This document shows positions 18,233 to 27,133 of a DNA stretch of 64,000 nucleotides, piece after piece. Within the stretch, counting starts at the first letter, position 1, and every line of letters starts with the position of its first letter. Both the position numbers and the translations under genes were made by a program. Location: contig JANWWP010000034.1 of the NCBI GenBank assembly GCA_025055575.1, forward strand, positions 64,273 through 128,272, given 5' to 3'. This DNA is from Flavobacteriales bacterium. GTDB lineage: Bacteria; Bacteroidota; Bacteroidia; CAIKAF01. The notes under the pieces are model-generated. The model was not told where the DNA came from and searched no databases. It saw only the letters and a list, made by a program, of their open reading frames with translations.

Positions 18233-19744
18233 TCAGGCTCCGGATGCCCTTCCGCCCTGCATCAGTTTTTTGACCCAGGGAGAGATTAGGATCAAAAAAA
18301 CACCGGCCATCAGGGCATACAATCCCAACTGTTGATAACCCTGCGTATAGGAATGTAGTTTTTCCAAATTGGAGGCGTCTTCGCGTGCCACGCTCATACC
18401 TGCTCCTAATAAACCAGCTACGTACTGACCGTATGCGCTGGCCAGAAACCACATTCCCATCATCAGGCCCTGAATGGGCTGGGGGGAAAGCCGGGTCATA
18501 AGGGATAGGCCGATGGGGGAAAGACAAAGCTCTCCTAATGTGATGATAAAATAGGCCAGAGTGAAAATTTCAAGGGAGGTCATGCCGTCAGAATCTGCAA
18601 AAAATATGGTTGCGTAAAAAGTGTAAAAAGCGGCGCCCAGCAGCAAAAATCCGAGACCGAATTTTATGACTGCATTGGGCTCCAGACCGCGCCGGCTTAA
18701 CCACACCCACAGAAGTCCGAAGGGTGCGCTCAACGCAATTACAAAAAGCGAGTTAGAAGAATTGTTGACCACGTTCGGATCTATGGGAATTCCCCAAAGG
18801 GAATGCCTTAAATTGTTCAGAGCAAAAAGGCTGAGAGAACCGCCACTTTGTTCGAAAAAGGCCCAGAAAAAAATGGAAAAAACAATGAAAATGAGCGCCG
18901 CCAGCAGCTTCAAATTTTCCGGACGGCTGAAGCGGCGCATTTCCCACAAAAGGTACAGGAGTGTGAGAGGCCCAATGACGTACATGAAAAGATCCGTGTA
19001 ACGCGTGTTGCGCACCATCACCAAAATCAAAGGCAAAACCACCAGAGAACCCAGGTACACGGCGTATTCCCACAATCTTTTTTTACGGGCGGGCCAGGCG
19101 GCAGGCAGGGGGCTTTGACCTATGGGCCCCAACTTTTTCCGGGTGATGTGAAAGTTCACAAGACTGATCGTCATCACCACCCCCACCAGGGCAAAGGCCA
19201 GACTCCAGCTGTGGTATTTGCCAACATACACCATTAAAATGCCGCCCAGAAGAGCGCCCAGATTGATCCCGGCATAAAATAACCCGAAACCCGCATCGCG
19301 GCGTGGATCGTTTTCATGGTAGAGCTGGCCCACCATCGTGGAAATATTGGGTTTAAAGAAACCGGTGCCAATGATGGAAAAGCAGGTTCCGATATAAAAA
19401 AACTCCTTTGGAGCCAGGGCTACAACATATCCCCCGATCATCATCAGGAGCGCACCCCAGTATAAAGACCGGCGAAACCCTAGAACTTTATCGGCAAATA
19501 AACCGCCGATAAAAGTGAAAGCGTACACAAAGGCTTGGATAGCGCCGTACTGAAGATTAGCCGCTTTGTCGGTGAGGCCCAGCTGAGATACCATAAACAC
19601 CGTGAGCATCCCTCGCATTCCATAAAAGCAAAAGCGCTCCCACATTTCAGTGAAAAAGAGCGACCAAATCTGCGGGGGATATTGTCCCTCAAAGTTGCGT
19701 ATTTGATCTATGCCGGGGGACGAAGCCCTAGTATCTTGACCCAT
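18233..19744 (-). CDS. Proton-dependent oligopeptide transporter (POT/PTR2 family, DtpT-like)
   Basis: PTR2 signature ERFCFYGMRGMLTVFM near the N-terminus; 12-14 TM; about 500 aa. Confidence 0.85.
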   Translation of the reverse strand: MGQDTRASSPGIDQIRNFEGQYPPQIWSLFFTEMWERFCFYGMRGMLTVFMVSQLGLTDKAANLQYGAIQAFVYAFTFIGGLFADKVLGFRRSLYWGALLMMIGGYVVALAPKEFFYIGTCFSIIGTGFFKPNISTMVGQLYHENDPRRDAGFGLFYAGINLGALLGGILMVYVGKYHSWSLAFALVGVVMTISLVNFHITRKKLGPIGQSPLPAAWPARKKRLWEYAVYLGSLVVLPLILVMVRNTRYTDLFMYVIGPLTLLYLLWEMRRFSRPENLKLLAALIFIVFSIFFWAFFEQSGGSLSLFALNNLRHSLWGIPIDPNVVNNSSNSLFVIALSAPFGLLWVWLSRRGLEPNAVIKFGLGFLLLGAAFYTFYATIFFADSDGMTSLEIFTLAYFIITLGELCLSPIGLSLMTRLSPQPIQGLMMGMWFLASAYGQYVAGLLGAGMSVAREDASNLEKLHSYTQGYQQLGLYALMAGVFLILISPWVKKLMQGGRASGA

Positions 19745-19933
19745 GGGACAATGCTATACAACCCGGATTTAAAAAACAAATCACAAAGGTTTAATCTGCC
19801 AATTCATCGGTTTGTTTTTCTTTATATACCCCCTTTTTTCCCCTCTATGATGTGGGAAGTACAATAATTCATAAGTTTAAAAACAAAAGGTACATAGGGA
19901 GGCTTTCAATGGGTGCATTTTTGCGTGACGGTT

Positions 19934-20653
19934 ATGCCGACACCTGTTCATATTCGAGCTTTAGTGGTACATCGCCTCCGCTATGGCGAAAAAGACCTTA
20001 TCGTACGCTGCCTCAGCCCGGAAGCAGGCATCCAGGCCTATCTGCTAAAAGGCCCTGCACGTCGTATTTCTCCGGCCGAGAGGCTCAGCCATCCCGGAGC
20101 CTTGGTCCGGCTTAAGATTCTTCGTTTAGGCGCTCGGTCGTTACCAAAAATTTTATCAGCAGAGTCGCTCTTTCCACAATGGCACACTTTTTTTGAACCA
20201 GTTCGTTATGCGCAGGCGGCTTTTGTAGCTGAATGTTTACACCGATTTTTTCCGAACGACCAAGCTTGTGAGCCGGCTTATTTCGATTGGGCAGAAGAAA
20301 TTCTACGGGGTTTGGAGCAAACGCCTTCAGGCATTCCAATGGGATGGCCTTTGCGTTTTTTGGCCGGTTTGTGCCGGGTGGCCGGCATCGCTCCCGTGAC
20401 CACCGGTTATCCATCAGGTGCCAGCTTTCACCTGGTAGAAGCTCAGTGGATTCATGGCGCCGATGCCGGAGATGTATGTTTATCTCCCGAGTTGTCTTTG
20501 GCTTGGTTTCATCTTTTTGCGGGTAGGGAGCCCGGCGCTCTTCCCATTTCTCAGCGTCGGCTTTTGCTTCAGGCCTTGGTGCAGTTTATTCGGCTCCATC
20601 ACAGCCCGGATTTTGAGGTGCGTTCTCCCGATATTTATTCGGGTCTCTTTTGA
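19934..20653 (+). CDS. recO: DNA repair protein RecO
   Basis: N-terminal OB-fold pattern RALVVHRLRYGEKDLIVRCLSPEAGIQAYLLKGPAR parallels E. coli RecO ([35 protein letters not shown]). About 240 aa. Start uncertain between ATG 19913 and 19934. Confidence 0.65.
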   Translation: MPTPVHIRALVVHRLRYGEKDLIVRCLSPEAGIQAYLLKGPARRISPAERLSHPGALVRLKILRLGARSLPKILSAESLFPQWHTFFEPVRYAQAAFVAECLHRFFPNDQACEPAYFDWAEEILRGLEQTPSGIPMGWPLRFLAGLCRVAGIAPVTTGYPSGASFHLVEAQWIHGADAGDVCLSPELSLAWFHLFAGREPGALPISQRRLLLQALVQFIRLHHSPDFEVRSPDIYSGLF

Positions 20654-20736
20654 TACATGGGCACACAAATCTATGGGGCACTTTTGTTTTTGGTTTCTTT
20701 TCCCATAGATGAAGGACTTCTGCTAAAATTCTACTT

Positions 20737-21486
20737 TTGCGCCCCATGAAACTGGCAGTGGATATTGGCAATTCGTATGTCAAATGGGCCATCCTTCGAG
20801 GTACGGACATTCTTTCTATTGACGAATTTGAACCCGCCAGCCTGCCGGTTAAAATACGGCACCTGGATCCCACGGCCGGCACCACGGGGATCATTGCCAC
20901 CGTGAAGGCATTACATCCCAACATCGTGGCAGCGCTCAAAGAAAAAGGCCATTTCATTTTTTTAGATAGCAAAACGCCCATTCCCATTGCTAATAAATAT
21001 CAGACACCCGAAACCCTTGGCGCCGACCGGATAGCAGCGGCGGTGGGCGGCAATATGGAATTCCGCGGGGTGGATTTATTAATTGTGGATTGCGGCACCT
21101 GCCTGAAGTTCGATTTTGTGAACCGTCAGAATGAATTTTTGGGCGGGGGCATTTCCCCGGGGCTTAAAATGCGTTTTGCAGCCTTGAACAATTATACCGA
21201 CAAATTGCCGTTAATTCACATTCGTCCGGATCAAAAGGAATTTATGCTCATTGGGGATAATACGGAGAATTCCATCACTTCCGGCGTGGTGAACGGTATC
21301 GTCGCAGAGATTGATGGGATTATCAACAGGTATAAAGAGACACATCCGCACCTCCGCGTAATCCTCACTGGCGGCGACGCGCCATTTTTGAACGGCCGTA
21401 TAAAGAATCCCGTTTTTCTCAGACAAAACCTCGTTATTCGGGGTTTGGCTGAAATATTAAATTTTCACGAAACACTCCATGCCTAA
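20737..21486 (+). CDS. coaX: Type III pantothenate kinase
   Basis: N-terminus MKLAVDIGNSYVKWAIL (typical CoaX DxGNT/S motif), C-terminal ILTGGDA. Confidence 0.9.
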   Translation: MRPMKLAVDIGNSYVKWAILRGTDILSIDEFEPASLPVKIRHLDPTAGTTGIIATVKALHPNIVAALKEKGHFIFLDSKTPIPIANKYQTPETLGADRIAAAVGGNMEFRGVDLLIVDCGTCLKFDFVNRQNEFLGGGISPGLKMRFAALNNYTDKLPLIHIRPDQKEFMLIGDNTENSITSGVVNGIVAEIDGIINRYKETHPHLRVILTGGDAPFLNGRIKNPVFLRQNLVIRGLAEILNFHETLHA

Positions 21487-22765
21487 AGGGCTGCTGGTGT
21501 CCTTTATTGTATTGTGGGCGGCACCGCTTTCGGCCCAGTTTGGAGTCTTCTCACCCTATTCCAGGCTGGGCTTGGGAATGCCATATCACGACGTGCTCGC
21601 GCCGGCTGGGTTTCTAGGGGCTTCGGCTTCGGCAGCCCGAGGGCAAGCCTTGGTGAATCCGACCAATCCGGCTTCCTATTCGGCATTGGAAAACCTGATG
21701 CTCCAGTTTGGGATGGAGGCCCAACGGTACCGCCAGACGCGCGGCACCGAATATCAGACGGGCCACCATGCTTTTTTCAGTCAGTTTGCATTGGCTTTGC
21801 CGCTGCCTCCCAGAAAAATGGCGCTGGTAGCCGGGTATCTGCCGTTTACAGCGACGCGTTACCTGTATACCCAATCCGACACATTAATCACCCCTTCAGA
21901 TACGCTTGCGGCAAAATTCACGTATGAAGGTTTTGGAGGGGTGGATAAATTTTTTTTGGGATGGGGCGCCACAGTATTTCCGGGACTGAGTGTCGGCTTC
22001 AACGGATTGCTGTATCTGGGGAATATTCAACGGGATAAGATTACAGAATTTCCTTCCGGACAGGGTTTCATCAACACGCGATTCCGTGAATCCCAGCGCG
22101 TCCGTGGGGGTGGGCTGGAATTGGGCTTACAATATCAAAAACAATTAAAAAAAATCCAATTTACAGTGGGCCTTTCGGGGGAGTGGGGGTTTTCAGCGCG
22201 CAGTCTGGAAAATTATCAAGTGGATTATTTCTATGGTAGTTACGGCTCCGATCCGCTCCACCGGGATACTTTGTATGCGGTGCGCAGCCGGGTGCATCGG
22301 CCGTCGGTTTTGAGAGCCGCTTTTGCCTTGGGGAAGCCCGGAATCTGGCAAGCTTATGCCGGATGGGACCAAAGTTTTTGGTCCCAGTACCGGCGGTCTG
22401 GAGCCGTGGAGAATCTGTTGGGAGACCGGGCCGCCCGTTCCTTGGCTGTGGAGTACGCGCCCTTTCGCAACAACGCTAAGGGTCTGATTTCCAGAAGCGT
22501 CTTTACCTTCTCAGCGCGGCACACCACCGAGGCTTTCCGCCCTTCTTCCAGCCCCTTTCAATCTTTTGGCATAGGATTTGGGCTATCATTACCCCTGCTC
22601 ACCAACTCCCTCATGGACCGCAAACTGAGTTCCTGGTTGAGTGCCGGCATGGAATACAGCTTCACCCGGCATCCCAGCGCTGACGTAACGCGCCAAAATA
22701 CCCTCCGGTTTATTTTCGCCGTGAGCTTAAGGGATAAATGGGCTCCAAAATTTAAGTACAATTAA
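21479..22765 (+). CDS. Outer-membrane beta-barrel protein, FadL/TodX (Toluene_X)-like family
   Basis: Signal peptide, then SPYSRLGLG…ARGQALVNPTNPASY resembling the FadL N-terminal hatch motif. Beta-strand-rich, alternating aromatic C-terminus ending in F. Confidence 0.4.
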   Translation: MPKGLLVSFIVLWAAPLSAQFGVFSPYSRLGLGMPYHDVLAPAGFLGASASAARGQALVNPTNPASYSALENLMLQFGMEAQRYRQTRGTEYQTGHHAFFSQFALALPLPPRKMALVAGYLPFTATRYLYTQSDTLITPSDTLAAKFTYEGFGGVDKFFLGWGATVFPGLSVGFNGLLYLGNIQRDKITEFPSGQGFINTRFRESQRVRGGGLELGLQYQKQLKKIQFTVGLSGEWGFSARSLENYQVDYFYGSYGSDPLHRDTLYAVRSRVHRPSVLRAAFALGKPGIWQAYAGWDQSFWSQYRRSGAVENLLGDRAARSLAVEYAPFRNNAKGLISRSVFTFSARHTTEAFRPSSSPFQSFGIGFGLSLPLLTNSLMDRKLSSWLSAGMEYSFTRHPSADVTRQNTLRFIFAVSLRDKWAPKFKYN

Positions 22766-22799
22766 CTAATACATACTTTAATTGCAGTTTGAAGTAACT

Positions 22800-24149
22800 A
22801 TGAAAAGCATCCTACAGCGCCGTAGTTTCCAAAATGCCCGGTTGGCAGTTTTAGCCGGCCTTCTTTGCATCAGCCGTTTTGAACTGGGGGCTCAGGTGGA
22901 TACCATTGAAATTAAAAAGCAATACTCCATCTGCAAGGAATACATGAGTCAGAAAAATTACGTGGACGCTTTGCCGGCCTGGCGTTTCCTGTACCAGAAT
23001 GCCCCCGAAAGGTACCAGGGCATTTATGTGTGGGGCAATGAATTGTTTAAGGATTTAATTAAAAAAGAAAAAGATCCATCCCGCCAAAAAGGGTATGTGG
23101 ATACCATAATGATGTTGCACGATAAACGGATAGAGCTGGCCTCCAAAGATCCTCAAAAATTTGGTGATGTGGGCGATTTGAAAGGGCGCAAGGCTTTTGA
23201 TATGATCAACCTTCGAAAGGACAGTGAGGACGAAATATTTCAATTGTTAAAAGAAAGCGTTGAACTGAGAAAAGAAAAATCTTCTGCAGCCATTCTTTCC
23301 AGCTACATGCAATATGCTTTCAACTTCCGCCGTGCCGGAAAAATGGACTGTGAGCAGCTTGTGAGCTTGTACGGAACTTTGAGCGAGTATGTGCAAGCCG
23401 GTTTTGCAGAAAAGAAAGACAGCGCTTACATAAAGGCCCAGAACAATCTCGATAAGCTGGCGGAAGTGTGCATGGATTGCAAAAACCTGGTGGACATCTA
23501 CCAAAAGAGTTTTGATAAGAAAAAAGCGGATGCAGATTGGATTCAAAAAGCGGCCAGTAATCTGGAGCGGAAAGAATGTCACAAAAAAGATGAATTTAAA
23601 ACTTTGCCTGTAGTAGGTCAGATTTTTCAGGAAAATGCCCGACTGCAAGGAACAGCCGATGCGTTTTACAAACTTGCCGTATTTTATTTTGGAATCAACC
23701 AAAACAAGGAAGGAGAGACATTTCTTCAGAAAGCTGTGGATCTGGAGCAGGATGCCGAGAAAAAAGCCCAGTATCTCTACCTTCAGGCCACGTTGCGTTT
23801 TCAGGCTAAGGAATATGCCGAGGCCCGTTCTTTGGCCCGCAGGGCCATTCAATTAAGACCCAATTGGGGCGATCCGTACATTTTAATAGGTGATATGTAC
23901 CGCCAAAGCAGTTGTGGCGATGATGCCTGTTCTAAAGGTGGACCTGCCTGGGCCGCTGTGGATAAGTATGTACAGGCCCGTCAGGCAGATCCCTCCTGCG
24001 CCGATAAAGTGGCCTCGCGTTTGGCTGCCGCCCAAAATCTATATCCGTCCCAATCGGAATGTTTTTTCTTGAGTCTTAAAGACGGGGATAGTTACCGGGT
24101 GGGATGTTGGATCGATGAAAGCACCACCGTGCGCACCAAAAAAGATTAA
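22800..24149 (+). CDS. TPR-repeat secreted protein
   Basis: Signal peptide, then multiple TPR-like helical repeats and a Cys-rich C-terminus. ATG at 22800 (the track ORF begins at an upstream TTG). Confidence 0.55.
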   Translation: MKSILQRRSFQNARLAVLAGLLCISRFELGAQVDTIEIKKQYSICKEYMSQKNYVDALPAWRFLYQNAPERYQGIYVWGNELFKDLIKKEKDPSRQKGYVDTIMMLHDKRIELASKDPQKFGDVGDLKGRKAFDMINLRKDSEDEIFQLLKESVELRKEKSSAAILSSYMQYAFNFRRAGKMDCEQLVSLYGTLSEYVQAGFAEKKDSAYIKAQNNLDKLAEVCMDCKNLVDIYQKSFDKKKADADWIQKAASNLERKECHKKDEFKTLPVVGQIFQENARLQGTADAFYKLAVFYFGINQNKEGETFLQKAVDLEQDAEKKAQYLYLQATLRFQAKEYAEARSLARRAIQLRPNWGDPYILIGDMYRQSSCGDDACSKGGPAWAAVDKYVQARQADPSCADKVASRLAAAQNLYPSQSECFFLSLKDGDSYRVGCWIDESTTVRTKKD

Positions 24150-24192
24150 TTCCTGCGTTTTGCTAGGCCGGCGCCACCTGGGGACTGCCGTG

Positions 24193-24738
24193 ATGTTCGG
24201 CCTGTGTGTTGCGGGCTGCACGGACACCCGTCAAAGCGCCCTGAAATACATTGAAACTACGGACACAGAGCCACCTTTTGCCCAAACTTTTGATGCCGAC
24301 ATGCGCTACACCGACTCCGGCATTGTTCGGGCCAGGTTGCTGGCCCCCGTGGTGCAAGATTTTAATGAAAAAGAAGGAGTGGTACGCCGCATGCCACGCA
24401 CCTTCACGGTATATTTATTTGACCGCTCCGGGGCTTCTTCCGGCATTCTTCAGGCGGACAGTGGCGTTATTTTCTCTTACCGCGACGAAGTGAGCGCCTA
24501 TGGAAACGTGCATTTCAGAAATGATGCGGGCGAGGAGCTCACCACCCAGGAATTGCATTTTAATACGCGCACTTTTGTGTTGTTCACTCAGGCTTTTGTG
24601 ACGATAAAAAGAAATGGAGAAGTGATTTATGGCCAGGGATTAGAAGCCACGGATAACTTTTCCCGCTTGCGGCTACAGCGGCCTATGGGGCAGTTCTACA
24701 TCCAGGACGATGCCGCTTGGGAGCCGAGCCATCCATAA
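24193..24738 (+). CDS. LptC-like (OstA/LptC family) lipoprotein candidate
   Basis: Lipobox MFGLCVAGC. About 180 aa beta-rich periplasmic protein. Position coaX-OMP-TPR-[this]-CNNM is typical for LptC in Bacteroidetes. Family call unverified. Confidence 0.4.
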   Translation: MFGLCVAGCTDTRQSALKYIETTDTEPPFAQTFDADMRYTDSGIVRARLLAPVVQDFNEKEGVVRRMPRTFTVYLFDRSGASSGILQADSGVIFSYRDEVSAYGNVHFRNDAGEELTTQELHFNTRTFVLFTQAFVTIKRNGEVIYGQGLEATDNFSRLRLQRPMGQFYIQDDAAWEPSHP

Positions 24739-24773
24739 AACCGCATTTCCCAAAGAAACATAGCTTTGCAAAA

Positions 24774-24974
24774 ATGACCTCCTTCTGGCGCAGCTATGTC
24801 CTGTTTTCGCTTTTTTTGCGCGGAACCATACTGGTGGCTGCATGTGTGGTCACATGGCTCGAGGTGGTTGAGCGGGGGTGGCGTCTTTCGGCCTTGTATG
24901 TGGGGTTGACCTTGGCCGCTGGGTATCTAACTTTGCGAGGGTGGCGGCGTTGGCGGCATCTCAATAAAGAGTAA
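24774..24974 (+). CDS. Small two-TM membrane protein, hypothetical
   Basis: 66 aa, two hydrophobic helices, Arg-rich C-terminus. Coding status uncertain. Confidence 0.3.
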   Translation: MTSFWRSYVLFSLFLRGTILVAACVVTWLEVVERGWRLSALYVGLTLAAGYLTLRGWRRWRHLNKE

Positions 24975-24981
24975 TCTGGAT

Positions 24982-26259
24982 ATGACCGTTCCGGCTCTTG
25001 GACTCATCGCTCTGTGCTTGGTGCTCTCCGCATTGTTCTCAGGCCTGGAAATTGCTTATGTTTCCGCCAACCCCTTAAAAGTGGAGATTTTGCGCCGAAA
25101 AGGAGGCATTTCTGGCTTTATTTTAGGTTATTTCCGTGACCGTCAAGCCCGGTTTATTGGGACCATGGTGGTGGGTAACAATATTGTTTTGGTCTTGTAT
25201 GGAATTCTCTTTACCGAAGCCCTTCAGCCCGCTCTGGAAAGCATTATTTACGGAACGTTTGGTGGCGTAGAGTCCGGGATTATCAGCATTTTGCAGACCC
25301 TTATATCATCTTTTATTATTCTTGTTTTGGCTGAGTTTCTGCCCAAAGCACTATTTTCTAACCATGCCGATAGCCTAATGAAAATTTTGGCCGGACCGGC
25401 ATTTGTTTTATACGTGGTATTGTATCCTGTGGCGTCTGTGCTAATTATGATCTCGGAGGCCGCTTTGCGTCTTGCCGGAAAACCCAAAGAAAATCAAAGG
25501 ACTTTTAGCTTAAAGGATTTATCCTACCTTGTGGAACAAAGCGAACAATCCGCGCAATCCGGAGTGGATGAAGAAGCCCGTCAGGAAATGCGCATCTTTC
25601 GGAAAGCTTTGGCTTTTCGAAATGCTAAAGCCCGCGACTGTATGGTGCCCAGAAATGATGTGGTGGCCGTGGACGTGGAGACACCCATGCCGGAAGTGGT
25701 GGCCCTTTTTGCCCGCACCGGATTTTCCAAACTTCCTGTATTCAAGGGAACTATTGATCACATCATCGGCTATGTGCACAGTTATTCCATGTTTTCTCAT
25801 CCGGATAAACTCAACCAGTGTTTAAAACCTGTTCTCATCGTGCCGGAAAGCCGCCCCATCCGCACCATTTTGTCGGATCTCCTGGCCCGGCATATCAGCC
25901 TGGCGGTGGTGGTGGATGAATTTGGAGGAACTTCCGGCATTCTCACCACCGAGGATTTGATTGAGGAAATTTTTGGAGAAATTGATGATGAGCACGACCA
26001 TGAAAAACTCACGGAAAGCATCCTGCCGGATGGCGGTTTTCTTCTGAGCGGACGCCTGGAAATAGATTATTTAAACGATAAGTACAAGTTTCAAATACCC
26101 GAAAGCGAAGAATACACCACACTGGCAGGTTTTATTCTCATGTTGGCAGGCACCATTCCTTCCGAAGGAGAAGCCTACACCTGGCAGCAGCTTCTATTCA
26201 AGGTGCGCAAAGTGCACAACGGCAGGATTGAGGAAGTGGAAGTGAGAAATTCAGAATAA
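24982..26259 (+). CDS. CNNM/hemolysin-family protein (DUF21 membrane domain, CBS pair, CorC_HlyC); GldE-like
   Basis: N-terminal four-TM DUF21, tandem CBS region, C-terminal CorC/HlyC transporter-associated domain. Same architecture as gliding motility protein GldE. Confidence 0.8.
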   Translation: MTVPALGLIALCLVLSALFSGLEIAYVSANPLKVEILRRKGGISGFILGYFRDRQARFIGTMVVGNNIVLVLYGILFTEALQPALESIIYGTFGGVESGIISILQTLISSFIILVLAEFLPKALFSNHADSLMKILAGPAFVLYVVLYPVASVLIMISEAALRLAGKPKENQRTFSLKDLSYLVEQSEQSAQSGVDEEARQEMRIFRKALAFRNAKARDCMVPRNDVVAVDVETPMPEVVALFARTGFSKLPVFKGTIDHIIGYVHSYSMFSHPDKLNQCLKPVLIVPESRPIRTILSDLLARHISLAVVVDEFGGTSGILTTEDLIEEIFGEIDDEHDHEKLTESILPDGGFLLSGRLEIDYLNDKYKFQIPESEEYTTLAGFILMLAGTIPSEGEAYTWQQLLFKVRKVHNGRIEEVEVRNSE

Positions 26260-26281
26260 AGCATTATCTTTGCAGCCGCAT

Positions 26282-26352
26282 TGCCCGATCGTCTAATGGC
26301 AGGACGGCAGATTTTGGTTCTGCTTGTGTTGGTTCGAATCCAGCTCGGGCAA
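26282..26352 (+). tRNA. tRNA-Gln (anticodon TTG)
   Basis: Cloverleaf folded by hand: acceptor TGCCCGA/TCGGGCA, D-arm GTCT-AATGGCA-GGAC, anticodon stem GCAGA/TCTGC with loop TTTTGGT (anticodon TTG), T-arm GTTGG-TTCGAAT-CCAGC. No encoded CCA. Confidence 0.8.
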
Positions 26353-26386
26353 CAATAAAAAACCTTTGCTTGCTAAAGACGTAAAA

Positions 26387-26412
26387 AATCCCTCCGTGTG
26401 AGGGATTTTTTC
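26387..26412. terminator. Bidirectional hairpin terminator (AATCCCTC…GAGGGATT plus T-run) between tRNA-Gln and skp
   Basis: A-run, then 7-8 bp GC-containing stem, then TTTTTT read from sequence. Serves the tRNA on the plus strand and the convergent OmpH gene on the minus strand. Confidence 0.5.
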
Positions 26413-26434
26413 TTTATCTAAAACTTAGGAAAAG

Positions 26435-27100
26435 TCAGGGCTTACGCTGCTGAGGCTCCTGGGGATTGCGTCCTCCCGGCTGTTGTCCACTTCCAAACAT
26501 TTCTCGGCTGCGGTCGCGAATGTCTTTGATGATGCCCGTACCCCCTTTTTCGCCCTCCTCCTCTTCGGTTTCCACCTTGCCGGGCGTGTAACCCATGGCA
26601 CGGATCACCTGGTCGCTGATATCAAATTTGGCACTGGCAAACATTATCGTGGTGCTGCCCGCTTTGTCGAATACGATCCCATAATTTTTGGTTTCGGACA
26701 GCTCCTGAATCGTGGCATAAATCTTATCCTGAATGGGTTTGATAAGTTCCTGGCGCTTTTTAAATAAATCGCCTTCTTTGCCAAAGCGCTTGCGCTGAAG
26801 ATCCTGAACACTTTCCAATTTCTTTTTTAATTCTTCTTCTCTTTTTATGCGCAAATCTTCAGTGAGCAACACTTTTTCTGCTTCGTATTCGCGCAATTCT
26901 TTTTCGTACGCTTTCATTTTGTCTTCAATTTCTTTTTGCCAGCGTTGCGAAATATCATTGAGCTGGCTTTTGGCGCTTTGGTATTCCGGCATATTTTTCA
27001 AAATGTATTCCGAATCCACATAAGCGAATTTCTGACCCAAGCCACGGAGTTGGAAGGTAAAAACCAAGAGAGTCAGGGGAAGGACAATTGAAAATTTCAT
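26435..27100 (-). CDS. OmpH/Skp family periplasmic chaperone
   Basis: Signal peptide, coiled-coil-rich charged sequence typical of Skp; location immediately downstream of bamA. Gly-rich C-terminal tail. Confidence 0.8.
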   Translation of the reverse strand: MKFSIVLPLTLLVFTFQLRGLGQKFAYVDSEYILKNMPEYQSAKSQLNDISQRWQKEIEDKMKAYEKELREYEAEKVLLTEDLRIKREEELKKKLESVQDLQRKRFGKEGDLFKKRQELIKPIQDKIYATIQELSETKNYGIVFDKAGSTTIMFASAKFDISDQVIRAMGYTPGKVETEEEEGEKGGTGIIKDIRDRSREMFGSGQQPGGRNPQEPQQRKP

Positions 27101-27133
27101 GATAAAAAAGTATGCATGATGAATAAGACTTAA

